Source of the DNA: Octopus sinensis
Lineage: Eukaryota
DNA: 64,000 nucleotides
Reading direction: 5' to 3'
Assembly: GCF_006345805.1 (NCBI RefSeq)
Contig: NC_043000.1
Location: forward strand, 11,594,001 to 11,658,000
The notes beneath the pieces were generated by a model. That model saw only the letters and a program-made list of their open reading frames with translations, had not been told where the DNA came from and searched no databases. The translations under genes and the position numbers were made by a program. This document shows, piece by piece, positions 38,941-50,993 of the stretch. Each line of letters opens with the position of its first letter. Positions within the stretch are counted from its first letter, which is position 1.

Positions 38941-39058
38941 AAATAAATTGCTTCAAAATACCATTTAGTAATGAGTGTCTAAAAATAAATAATAGCTAAG
39001 AAACATCCATTTCTATTGTATCAGGGACCCAACAAACCAATGTAAACATGTTTCTTAC

Positions 39059-39122
39059 TTGGCTTCCTGTGCATATTCTATTAATTTCATCACCTTCTGA
39101 CTATGGCCCTGGACAGAATCCA
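39059..39122 (-). CDS. ABCG exon 7 (DSVQGHSQKVMKLIEYAQEA-N)
   Basis: Strong polypyrimidine acceptor TTCCCTTTCAG|, AA|GTAAGA donor. Phase 1 in gives NPADFILD. Confidence 0.9.
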
Positions 39123-39659
39123 CTGAAAGGGAACAGAAAAAAGAATTAATAAAATAAAATGAAATGAAATGAAATAAATAAGAAATGTATCAAACAATAA
39201 AAGTAAAAAATATTTCGTTTTTGGATTTGGTTTGCAAGATTCTTTATATGATTTCGTGTGTTGAAGCATATTCTGTTGTGTCTGGGGAGAGTCATTTTCT
39301 TTTTGTGCCTTATTATGTAACACACTCACCGGTAAAATTTCCACTTTTTTCTTATTTTTATTGTCCTAAAACTTTCGTTGCATCTTGCAACCTTTTCAAT
39401 AGGTTTTCAATAGTTTCAACAAAACTCTTTGCACATACATACAGACACTGACAAACAAGTACATATTTTTAAGGCATAAAGCCATCAAAGTACCCTAGTT
39501 GATTTAATGACCCCTGTGCTCAATTGGTACTTATTTTATCGATCCTGAAAGGCAAAGGCAAAGATGACCTCAATAGAATTTGAACTCAGAACATAAACAT
39601 AGAAGAAGTGCCACTAAGCATTTTGTCTAGCATACAAACAATTCTGCTAACACACCACC

Positions 39660-41525
39660 ATCATCATCATCATCATCATCATCGTTCAACGTCCGCTTTC
39701 CATGCTAGCATGGGCTGGACGATTTGACTGAGGACTGGCGAACCAGATGGCTGCACTAGGCTTCAATCTTGATCTAGCAGAGTTTCTACAGCTGGATGCC
39801 CTTCCTAACGCCAACCATGCTGAGAGTGTAGTGGGTGCTTTTTACGTACCACTGGCACGGGGCCAGTCAGGCGGTACTGGCAATGACCTCACTTGAATCT
39901 TTTTACACATGCCACCAGCACAGGTGCCAGTAAGGCGATGCTGGTAACAATCACGCTCGAATGGTGTCTTTTATATTCCACTGGCATGGAGGCCAGATAG
40001 CCGCTCTGGCAACGATCACGCTCGGATGGTGCTCTTAACACCCTACTAGCACAGGGCTCGAGTGCCAGTAAGGCAACGCTGGTAATGATCACACTCGAAT
40101 GGTGCCTTTTAATAATAACTAAGGCAGTAAGCTGGTAGAATTGTTAGCAGACCAGGCAAAATGTTTAGTGGCAGTTCATTCATCTTTACTTTCTGAGTTC
40201 AAATTCTGCTGAGGTCAAATTTGCCTTTCATCCTTCCAGGGTCAGTAAAAGATGTACCAGTTGATGCAATTGACTTGTCCCACTCCAAAAGTTGGTGGCT
40301 GTTTGCCAAAATTTGAAACCAATATTAACAACTAGATTCTCATTTTGGCACAAGGCCAGCAATTTTGAAGGGTGGCAATTAGTGAATACCATCAACCCCA
40401 GTACATGACTGGTACTTTATTTGACCTCAGCAGCATTTGAAGTCAGAACATAATAAGCAGAACCAAACACTGCAAAGCACTCTTTCTGACACTTTAACGA
40501 GTCTACCAGCTCAATGGCTTATAATTGTTACCAATAATTCTTTCTTTTATACACGCAAACCCTGAAGTATTTGGGGGTGAGGGCTAGTTGATTACATCAA
40601 CCCTAACACCTACTTGGTACTTATTTTATTGATCCCAAAAAATTGAAAGACAAAGTCAACCTGGGCAGAATTTGAGCTCAGAATGTAAAGACAGATGAAA
40701 TATCATTAAGCATTTCATCTGGCATGCTAACGATTCTGCCAGCACATCCACCTTATAATTATTATCATTAATAATGCTTTCTACATTGGTATAAGACCAG
40801 ACAATTTTAGCTTGGTTGATTAATTCACAAATGTTTTCTCTTGGGTTTATAATCTCAAAAGCAAAAATACTATCATCATCATCATCATCGTTTAATGTCC
40901 GCTTTCCATGCTAGTATGGGTTGGACAATTTGGCTGAGGGCTGGCGAACCAGATGGCTGCACCAGGCTCCAATCTTGATCTGGTAGAGTTTCTACAGCTT
41001 GATGCCCTTCCTAATGCCAACCACTCCGAGAGTGTAGTGGGTGCTTTTTATGTGCCAATCAGGCGGTACTGGCAATGACCTCCCTCGAATCTTTTACACA
41101 TACCACTGGCACAGGTGCCAGTAAGGTGATGCTGGTAATGATAACGCTCGAATGGTGTCTTTTACGTGCCACCGACACGGAGGCCAGATTGCCACTCTGG
41201 CAATGATCATGCTCGGATGGTACTCTTAACACCCTACTAGCACGGGGCTTGAGTGCCAGTAAGGCAACGCTGGTAAATGATCACACTTGAATGGTGCCTT
41301 TTATGTGCCACCGACACGGAGGCCAGATTGCCACTCTGGCAATGATCATGCTCGGATGGTACTCTTAACACCCTACTAGCACGGGGCTTGAGTGCCAGTA
41401 AGGCAACGCTGGTAAATGATCACACTTGAATGGTGCCTTTTATGTGCCACTGGCATGGAAGCCGGTTAGCCACTCTGTCAACGATCACACTCGTATGGTG
41501 CTCTTTGTACCCTGCTAGCACGGAC
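39660..41525 (-). mobile_element. Two closely related (GAT)n-tailed LINE 3' fragments (39660-40112 and 40872-41525) with expanded subrepeat arrays
   Basis: The copies share diagnostic variants; the second has a near-perfect internal duplication of about 139 bp. Confidence 0.8.
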
Positions 41526-41711
41526 CTTATATAGAATTAATTTATATTCTCTATAGAATATTACACACTTTTTCTTGTAGTGATATTGGAAGTCTGGCAA
41601 CTAGGTTTGGAAGAGGTTGTAAAATGGGGGCCTAGAGACATGCAAGTTATTCTGCAGTCACCCATCTCTCAATGTTAAAAAAAAGAAACAATAAGAAGAA
41701 ATAAAGCTTAC

Positions 41712-41805
41712 AGATGAAGTCAGCAGGGTTGTAGTGTTCAGCACAGTATAGACCATGTTCTGAAAAAACATCTAGAGTGTTCTTTGCATCTCCATGGTAT
41801 ACAAT
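41712..41805 (-). CDS. ABCG exon 6 (IVYHGDAKNTLDVFSEHGLYCAEHYNPADFI-L)
   Basis: ABCG-specific YxG...C...NPADF motif. CTCAATCTAG| acceptor, T|GTAAGC donor. Confidence 0.96.
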
Positions 41806-41959
41806 CTAGATTGAGAAGATAGAAGGAGATAACAATATAATGTTAAAGATCAAATTATGGAACATATGTTGAGAGAAAAGGACAGAAATGAAGGAGATTT
41901 AGCAGGTGTAAAATGTCAGAGAAGGTGTAAAGATGCTAGGAAAAGTGCAAAGAAATATC

Positions 41960-42275
41960 AAGAAAGATGTAGAAATGTCAAGACACATGTAGAGATGTCA
42001 AGTAAGCTGCAGTGATGTCAAAACAGATGTAGAGATGTCAAGAAATGTAGTGATGCCAAAACAGATATGGAGATGTCAAGAAAGCTGTAGTGATGTCAAA
42101 ACAGATATGGAGATGTCAAGAAAGCTGTAGTGATGTCAAAACAGATATGGAGATGTCAAGAAAGCTTTAGCGATGTCAAAACAGATATGGAGATGTCAAG
42201 AAAGCTTTAGTGATGTCAAAACAGATGTAAAGATGTCAAGAAAGCAGTAGTAATGTCAAACGGATGTAGAGATGT
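41960..42275. repeat. Minisatellite with a 40-bp unit (dimer of related 20-mers), about 7 copies
   Basis: AGATGTCAAG recurs at 42071, 42111, 42151, 42191 and 42231. Confidence 0.95.
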
Positions 42276-42751
42276 TGTTGTTGTTGTTGTTGTTATTGTT
42301 ATTATTATTATTATTATTATTATTTCTCTTTATCACAGGTTTTGTTGGAGCTCCTGGAGTCTTACATGCATAGTGGGCTTGCTACCTGCAGCCTACCGTA
42401 CCATGCTATTATTATTATCATTCATATTATTATTATTATTATTATCATCCAGTAGTCTTATTTTTATCACGTGCTTTCACTGCACTACCGAGCGCAACTC
42501 TGTGTGCCTTGGGTATGTGCTGTGATGTTCTAATAGTGACAGTATTGAAAGTGTTTTACGTAGGATGTGTGTGGTGCCTGGTAGTGCTACTTTCTAAATG
42601 TTATATATACCTGTTAGTCCTGGTGTTTTTGTTATGTATTTGTCTTGCACTACACTGATCTTCTTCCCACTACCATCACCACCACTACCACCTCACAACA
42701 ATAATATCACCACCACTAGCAGTAAGTAGTATAATGTAAACTGATCCTCAC

Positions 42752-42913
42752 CTTGCCATTAGAAAGTACCAATAATTTACTGAACATGTGAAATATTTGA
42801 CTGGAAGGTTGGTGGATGGTAGCCAGTACTATTTTGTTGTGGTTCCTTGCTAGACTCTGTAGATTCAACATCAGTTTATACGCCAAAGATGAATCAAGGC
42901 CAGATGTTGGTTC
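42752..42913 (-). CDS. ABCG exon 5 (EPTSGLDSS...TIHQPSSQIF...SNGK)
   Basis: D-loop and H-loop. TTTTTGCAG| acceptor, AAG|GTGAGG donor. Confidence 0.97.
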
Positions 42914-43221
42914 CTGCAAAAACGAATGGGGTGAACATATGGTAAATTAGGGGCAGGGAACAATGGTAGTATATAATTAAAGCAACAGATACAACAGTGG
43001 TAACATCTGGAATGTTGATAACAACAGTAAGAACAACAGTGGCAAAAACAATAAGACAAATATACAAAACAACAGTAGCACTAATAGGGGCTAAAACAAC
43101 AGCAACAACAACAATAATTGTACAAATGATAGCAGTAACAACAAACTTTTTCAAGTTATTTCTACAGATTCTCTATGGAAATTAGAGCCAGTTATGATGT
43201 ATCATACAAAAATATGTCTAT

Positions 43222-43455
43222 TTAAACCCTTTAGTGTTCAAACCAGCCATATCCGGACCAAATATTCTATCTGTTTTATATTCAAACTGGTGATATCTAG
43301 CCTCTCACACCTAACCTACATTGACATTCTAAAAATAAACAATCACATCATTGAAACCTCAAAGCTATAAGATAATGCACGATTAGATTAATTAAAAACA
43401 ATTTGAGTGAAAAAGTATTACATTTAACAGAGTAATCTGAACACTAAAGGGTTAA
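43222..43455. mobile_element. piggyBac-type MITE, copy 2
   Basis: Same interior as 10213-10440, with AAAGGG-TTAA right end. Confidence 0.75.
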
Positions 43456-43830
43456 ACAATGCGATCATCATCATTTAACATCTACTTTCCATGCTGGCAT
43501 GGGTTGGCTGATTTGACAGGAGCTGGCTAGGCAGGAGACTGGACCAGGCTTTAGTGTCTGTTTTGATATGGTTTTTACAACTGGACGCCCTTCCCAACAC
43601 CAACTACCCAGCAGAGTGGACTGAGTGCTTTTTACATGAGACCAGCACAGGTGAGGTCAGTTTTGATCAAAGATAAAAAATAAGTAATGGGTGTATATGC
43701 ATATTTCAGTTGTTGCTCCTTCTTCAATACTACATCCAAACCATCAACCACCACCAAACAAATTGCTAACACAGGTGGGGCAAAGTACTGACTTATAAAC
43801 CTTTAATATATACTAGATTTCTCACACAAG

Positions 43831-44346
43831 TACTGTAAATCCTCGAGTATAATCCGCATTTTTTCCCCAAAATTTAAAGGTCAAAATCCCTAGTGCGTAC
43901 TCTATACGAGGTTAAAAATGAAAATTACTTTCTAAGCAATGTCCGAGTCTCTATTTGCTGTCCAGCAAAGTTTATTCAGACGTATTTTGTGATGTTGGAC
44001 GCGAAAATACCTTAAGCTAAGCCTGAAGGCAATGAAGTCATAAAAGAATCATCCATAACTTGCAATAAGCAACATTTATTAAACGTTATTACTGTTATTT
44101 CTTTATTTTCTGCAAACAAAATGCACAAAAAAGCTACACGTTTGCATTATGTTATATATACAATAATAATAAAGGATGTTACCGTGTACATTTTTACAAA
44201 CCAAGGACGTTATGTAGATCTCCTTGACTCAAGTTAGAGAAGGGGTGCGTATTATACACAAGGTTTAGGTTTTTCAGAGGTACAGTCCCCTAAAAATCCC
44301 CTGCGTATTATACTCAAGGGCGGACTATACTTGAGGATTTACGGTA
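43831..44346. mobile_element. pogo/Tc2-like non-autonomous DNA transposon
   Basis: TA-flanked TIRs C(T/C)GTAAATCCTC(G/A)AGTATA(A/G)TCCGC with 3 mismatches. Confidence 0.7.
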
Positions 44347-45699
44347 CATCTTCATCATCATCATTATCATTTAATGTTCAATAGTCTATGCTTGCATCAG
44401 TCAGACAGAATTTCTTGAGTCAGATTCTCTACAGCTGGATGTCTTTCCTGCTGCCAACCCTTCAGTATTTCCAAGCAAAGTACTATTTACCCAAGCCCAG
44501 ATATGCTTTTTCACAAAAGACTGGAAATGAAAAATCACTTACTCGTATGATGGTAATGCTTATTTACAATCATGTCATAATGTCAAGACAATGTGGGTGT
44601 GGCTCCTCTTATGGACTCAGCTAACAGTCCACATATTAATCAATTATAAAGAAGTGTAAGATCGTAATCCTATGGGTCATGAGGTTAATCATCATCATCA
44701 TCATCATCATCGTTTAACGTCCGTTTTCCGTGCTAGCATGGGTTGGATGGTTCGACCAGGGTCAGGGAAGCCAGGAGGCTGCACCAGGCTCCAGTCTGAT
44801 CTGGCAGTGTTTCTACAGCTGGATGCCTTTCCTAACACCAACCACTCCGTGAGTGTAGTGGGTGCTTTTTACATGCCACCGGCACAGGGGCCAGGGGAGG
44901 CTGGAAGCGGCCATGATCGGTTGGTACTACCTCTTAACATAATGGTTATATACACACATACATAATGAGCTTTTTTCAGTTTCCATAGACCAAATCCACT
45001 CACAAGACTTTGGCTAGTCCAGGGTTATTGTAGAAAACACTTGTCTAAGGAGCTGTGCAGTGGGACTGAACCCAAGATTGTATAGCTGGGAAAAGGCTTC
45101 TTAACCACAGAGCCACACCTGCACCTATATAGCCACACTAGTGTCTCACCACAAAAACTAACCTTTGAAGAAGAGGGTCACAGTCACTTAGTCTGAGAGC
45201 GTTTCTGAAGTGGTATTTTATTTTATTGACCATGAAGACAAGAGAGGCAAATATTAAGCAAATAAAAATTTAAATAAAAGCTACAACTGAAGGACAACAA
45301 CAACAACAACACAACAACACAAATAACAGCAGGACAACAACAATGTCAACATCAGTAGTGCAACAACAGCAGCAGTACAATAACAGCCAAACAGCAGCAA
45401 TTTTAACATCAGGATGACAACAGCAGCAGCAGCCGTTCAAGAATTTGGACCTGGAGATCTCCATTTCCAGCAACTTCGAGGGTCACCTCCCAGAGGTGTC
45501 GGGCGTCAACGAAGAGTCCTCAACTACAACAAGATGATCAAAGTTTTTTTTTCTTTCTTTTTTACCAAGGTCTGGGGGTCTCCTGCCCCTAAGCCCTAGA
45601 CCATCACCTAATCACCCTTACTCGTCTTGTTGCTTAACAACAACAACAACAACAGCAGCAGTACAATAATAGCCAAACAGCAGTAAGGGTAAGAAAAGT

Positions 45700-45911
45700 G
45701 TGGTGTTGGTGAGAGAGGATGACGGATAGGGGAGAGCGGAAGTAGGGCTTGCAGGGCGGAAGTAGGGTTTTGCAGGGCGCATGTGCGGGAGGAAGCGGAA
45801 GCGGCAGGCAGGATGCACGTGTGGGATCGAGCAGTTGCGGCAGACACGACGAAGGCACCAGATGCATCGAGTTGGCTGAGAGGGATCCGAACTAAACTTC
45901 GACAGGTAAGG
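45700..45911 (+). promoter_or_regulatory. CpG-rich promoter-like block with ETS-, NRF1- and GC-box-like motifs, followed by a splice donor
   Basis: About 16 CpG in ~200 bp. GCGGAAGT at 45736 and 45756; GCGGAAG at 45795; GCGCATGTGC at 45777; GGGCGG at 45754; CAG|GTAAGG at 45906. Function is inferred only. Confidence 0.4.
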
Positions 45912-46027
45912 CCCAATCGCATTTCCATTCTCCCTTTTTCTGTTGTACTCTTTTCATCGTTCACACCACAAAAAGAAAACATTGAAATACATCTGAACTA
46001 ATGTAAAAATAAAAAGACTTAACTCAC

Positions 46028-46128
46028 ATCAACGATAATAATATCAGGGTTTGTGAGAAGTTCACAGGATATGTTGGCTCTTTTCTTCTCACCTCCAGAC
46101 AATCCTCTCATCCATGATGACCCAATAA
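46028..46128 (-). CDS. ABCG exon 4 ([33 protein letters not shown]); not in the ORF track
   Basis: ABC signature and Walker B. TTTTCAG| acceptor, GAT|GTGAGT donor. Confidence 0.97.
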
Positions 46129-46294
46129 CTGAAAATTATAACGACCAACTGAAAATTATTTGTTACAAATAGCAAAAGAAAAAAAAAAACAAACCTCCTT
46201 CCTCTATCAAACACCTAATAACACCAACACATCGACACTGTCCTCCTCCCTTTCCCCACCACCACCACCTTCTCTTCCTTTGGTAGACAGCAAC

Positions 46295-47034
46295 TATGAA
46301 GGAGAGTCAAAAATTATACACACTCTTGTTTTTTCAATGTGTGTGGGTGTGCAATGTCCTGCAACTACAAAACTTTCTTCAGCAATAGGCTACAGCATTT
46401 GGTGCAAATTGCTGGCTTCCGTTTACTGGCCAGCAAAGCACTGTGTCTTGCACTGTTGATTGTACACCCCTTTCCCAGGTAGTCTCCCAGTATAGGCCCT
46501 TTTGAGTCTCAAAAAAGGGTTAGCATCACTTTTCCCGTGAAAGATTGAGTCTTGAATTTCTTCGTCACTGGCGAGCTAGGATGTTTCCATTCCATATCCT
46601 GTCTTTTGGATTCTTTCTCAATGATGGGTCCACGTTTCATTTCCTGTGACTATTCTGCTCAAAAATTCCTCATCCTCATTGTTGTAGCAATCAAATAAAC
46701 TTTGGCAGACCTCAAGATGTTGGTGCTTGTGCTCTGCAGTAAGCTCTCTTGGCACCCATCTTGCACAAACTTTATGGAAGCCGAGTTCATCATGGATGAC
46801 CTAACATGTTTCATCCTCTCTTTTTACTCTCTTTTACTTGTTTCAGTCATTTGACTGCGGCCATGCTGGAGCACCGCCTTCAGTCGAGCAACTCGACCCC
46901 GGGACTTATCCTTTAGTAAGCCCAGTACTTATTCTATCGGTCTCTTTTGTCGAACCGCTAAGCAACGGGGACGTAAACACACCAGCATCGGTTGTCAAGC
47001 AATGTTGGGCGGACAAACACAGACACACAAACAT

Positions 47035-47070
<36 letters not shown>

Positions 47071-47803
47071 GACGGGCTTCTTTCAGTTTCCGTCTACCAA
47101 ATCCACTCACAAGGCATTGGTCGGCCCGCGGCTATAGCAGAAGACACTTGCCCAAGGTGCCAAGTAGTGGGACTGAACCCAGAACCATGTGGTTGGTTAG
47201 CAAGCTACTTACCACACAGCCACCCCTGCGCCTGTGTGATAAGTCTGCCAAAAAAGCTCTCATTTTCTTGGCACATTGCCAAAAGTGCCTGGGAGTAATT
47301 AACTCATCCTTGTTTCTGAAAAGGTGTGAGCATTTGGGGAAGCCATCATGCAAATGGTTGTTAATTATTTATTTTCCGTGGACCCTACACTTATCTTCAC
47401 TTCTTGGGCTAGTTACCGAATAGTTATGAAGTGATCCTCCAAAATGGCAGCTTCTGCTTTATGTCCAGGAATAGAAGCAGTTTCCACCAATGTCCAACCA
47501 AATTTGAACTGGCGATGCCAGTGCTTGACTACGTCATATGAGGATGCATCATCACCATAAAGTTCTTTCATCATATCAAACGTTTTTTTTGGTGTACAAC
47601 CTTTCAAATATAAGAACCTGTTCTCCATTCAACTGCCTCCATTATAACACCTTAGTCTACTTCAGCAGCCGTAAATGACAAACGAATACTAGTGGAAAGC
47701 TGCAATTTACAATGTGACATGTAGAGACAGGTATGATTATACCTGTACAAGTTCTGTTTCCTGCAATAACCAGAAGTAGGTCAGTGGGTGAACACACCTC
47801 ATA
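46295..47803 (-). mobile_element. Decayed mariner transposase fragments from two subfamilies, interrupted by a SINE
   Basis: N-terminal HTH RFLYLKGCTPK...YGDDASSYDVVKHWHRQFK (47413-47628). Catalytic region KVCARWVPRELT...IVTGNETW...KVMLTLF...QDIAHPH (46330-46810). TA-flanked mariner-type ends that do not match each other. Confidence 0.85.
46826..47232 (-). mobile_element. SINE family A, CpG-rich (young), inserted in the mariner remnant
   Basis: Interrupts the mariner codons RLIT-Q|DET. Confidence 0.9.
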
Positions 47804-48109
47804 TATACATATATCAATATTTTATGTTTGCTTTCCACACATGCATGGATTGGACAAGTCATGATCTGTGTCAATTCTTATTGGAAGTTAGTGCCCTCCG
47901 AGAAAGGGAAGGGCGCTAGTCAATTACAGTAACCCCAATGCTCAACTGGTACTTATTTCATTAATCCAAAAAGATGAAAGGCAAAGTCAACGTCGGTGGA
48001 ATTTGAACTCAGAATGTAAAGACAGACTAAATGCTACTAAGCATTTTGTCTGGTGTGCTAACAGTTCTGCCAGCTTGTAGGCCTACAACAGAAGTAAAAA
48101 CAATAGTGC

Positions 48110-48331
48110 TTAACCATTTAGCGTTTAATTTAGCCATATCCAGCCCAAATATTCTACCTATTTAAATGTTCAAACTAACCAGATCCAGCCTTTTATACCT
48201 ATCCAATGATGTCATTTTAAAAAAATATTATCACACCATCGAAATATAAGAAGTGAGATAATGCATGACAAATTAAAAACTAAGTGAATGAATAAGCATT
48301 TAATTAAGTAATCTGATTGCTAAGTGGTTAA
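48110..48331. mobile_element. piggyBac-type MITE, copy 3
   Basis: TTAA-flanked, diverged copy. Confidence 0.7.
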
Positions 48332-48515
48332 GCCAATATTATTATGACAGAGGTTGACTTTCAGGCATCTGCCATGGCTGCGATCTCACTTTACTTGCTG
48401 GGTCTTCTCTATATCATGCTAAATCTTCCTGAGAACCACATCAAGGGTGCACATGTGCATGGAGTGCCAGTTATATATATGTAAGTATGTATTTATATAT
48501 ATATATATATATCAG

Positions 48516-48722
48516 TAAATATAATATGTGACAATTATTCGGTTGCCATGATAGAATTCCGAGTTTCGGATGTCAGGGCGGAAACCCACACCTCCAGTTA
48601 TCCGACCATCAATTTTTTCGATGGCTGGATAACTGAAGAGATGGCAGCATGGGTTTCCACCCTGACATCCGAAACTCGGAGTTTTATCATGGCTACCAAA
48701 TAATAGTCACATATTATATTTA
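48516..48722. repeat. Imperfect fold-back element between (TA)n tracts
   Basis: 73-bp outer arms (6 mismatches) and an inner ~19-bp stem. Confidence 0.9.
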
Positions 48723-48917
48723 TAAATAAATTCCTCTATTTACATAATATTGAGATCTCTTTCATTCTTTTGTTGTCTTACCATTTCTATCAATATATAT
48801 ATATATATCTAAGATAAAATTTACTTGGAAAAGGATGCGTGGCATTCGATCATATAATAATATAAATAATATATAAATATATGCATATATACATACATAT
48901 ATATATACATAGCTACA

Positions 48918-49041
48918 TATATATGTATATATACATGCATATAGGTACAGGACATCAAAAAAACGTTATGTTTTCGTTTCTCATTGTGTTCAACGTTTAT
49001 TTGATGTCCCATACCTATATGCATGTATATATACATATATA
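48918..49041. repeat. Inverted repeat: 50-bp arms, 3 mismatches, 24-nt loop
   Basis: Position p pairs with 97959-p. Confidence 0.9.
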
Positions 49042-49096
49042 AGTAGGTATGTACATATATGTATGTATATATGCATATATTTATATATTATTTATC

Positions 49097-49171
<75 letters not shown>

Positions 49172-49297
49172 GTGCGCTGGAAACATATGCATGTATTATG
49201 CAGTTTGTTACAGTGAAACAAAATTAACAAAGAGGAGGTCAAGAAAATCATGAAGGCTAGGTTAAAAGAAAGAAAGAATATCTGTATTGATATTTAC

Positions 49298-49403
49298 CTG
49301 TGTCCAAACATTTTTCTAACTCCATCTGTGAAACAATCTGGTCTACTCTCTTTTTCTTCTGAAAGTCAGTCATTTTCTCAGGGAGTTTGATCATGGCTGT
49401 GAA
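49298..49403 (-). CDS. ABCG exon 3 (FTAMIKLPEK...ELEKCLDT-V)
   Basis: Helical subdomain sequence. TATCAG| acceptor, G|GTAAAT donor; phases 0 and 1 match the neighbours. Confidence 0.95.
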
Positions 49404-49443
49404 CTGATAGAATATATATATATATATAATATATATATATATA

Positions 49444-49482
<39 letters not shown>

Positions 49483-49485
<3 letters not shown>

Positions 49486-49670
49486 ATCCAAGCATGAAAA
49501 CACAACAACACGAGGACGTGGAACAAGTATAGTGTTATTGGACACTCAGGAAAGGAAAGAAAGAAGGAATTAACGTTTCGAGCAGAGCTCTTCAACAGAA
49601 ATATAGAAAAAAGGAAAAGTCCAAGGAAGGGAAAACGGAGAAAGAAAATCGCCAACGATACACACAGGTC
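49483..49670 (-). mobile_element. Second copy of the same Penelope-type terminal-repeat remnant
   Basis: Reverse complement aligns with 120-285. Flanked by (TA)n on both sides. Confidence 0.6.
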
Positions 49671-49815
49671 ACATATTAAATATATATATAATATATATAT
49701 ATAATATATATATATATATTATAATTCAACAATTGAGGGTAAAATTATTAATTAATCAATTTCACCAAGTATTCAGTATGCAAAGGGACCAATTAAGGCG
49801 AATTCAAATTATTAC

Positions 49816-50299
<484 letters not shown>

Positions 50300-50579
50300 T
50301 ATGCACAAACTCACGTGTGTGTGCATGCAGGTGTGTGTGTGTGTATTTTAAAAAGGTTTTGTGAAAGTTCTTGATACTGCCACAATATTTGAAGAAAGAT
50401 TTTCTCAAAATAAAAGTTATCAAATTAAAAAAAATCTTAAAAAAGAAACAGAATGATACAAATTTTTTGGAAGGAAGTTTTGATATTGTGTGTGAGTGCT
50501 TCCACAGTTTTAGTTTTTGAAACACAAATGTTAAGGGGCACACACACAAACTGCTATTACTTTGAATATAGAGTTATAC

Positions 50580-50993
50580 ATAGGCGCAGGAGTGGCTGTG
50601 TGGTAAGTAGCTTGCTTACTAACCACATGGTTCCGGGTTCAGTCCCACTGCGTGGCATCTTGGGAAAGTGTCTTCTGCTATAGCCCCGGGCCGACCAAAG
50701 CCTTGTGAGTGGATTTGGTAGACGGAAACTGAAAGAAGCCAGTCGTATATATGTATATATATATGTGTGTGTGTGTGTATATGTTTGTGTGTCTGTGTTT
50801 GTCCCCCCTAGCATTGCTTGACAACCGATGCTGGTGTGTTTACGTCCCCGTCACTTAGTGGTTCGGCAAAAGAGACCGATAGAATAAGTACTGGGCTTAC
50901 AAAGAATAAGTCCTGGGGTCGATTTGCTCAACTAAAGGCAGTGCTCCAACATGGCCGCAGTCAAATGACTGAAACAAGTAAAAGAGTAAAGAG
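50580..50993 (+). mobile_element. SINE family A
   Basis: Near-consensus full-length copy. Further partial copies at 17260, 24335, 27285, 44960, 51510 and 53225. Confidence 0.9.

Noticed and set aside
45608-45982. 124-aa minus-strand ORF next to exon 4 as an alternative ABCG exon
   Set aside because: No convincing acceptor/donor pair, it runs into a trinucleotide repeat, and it would split Walker B from the D-loop (VD|EPT).
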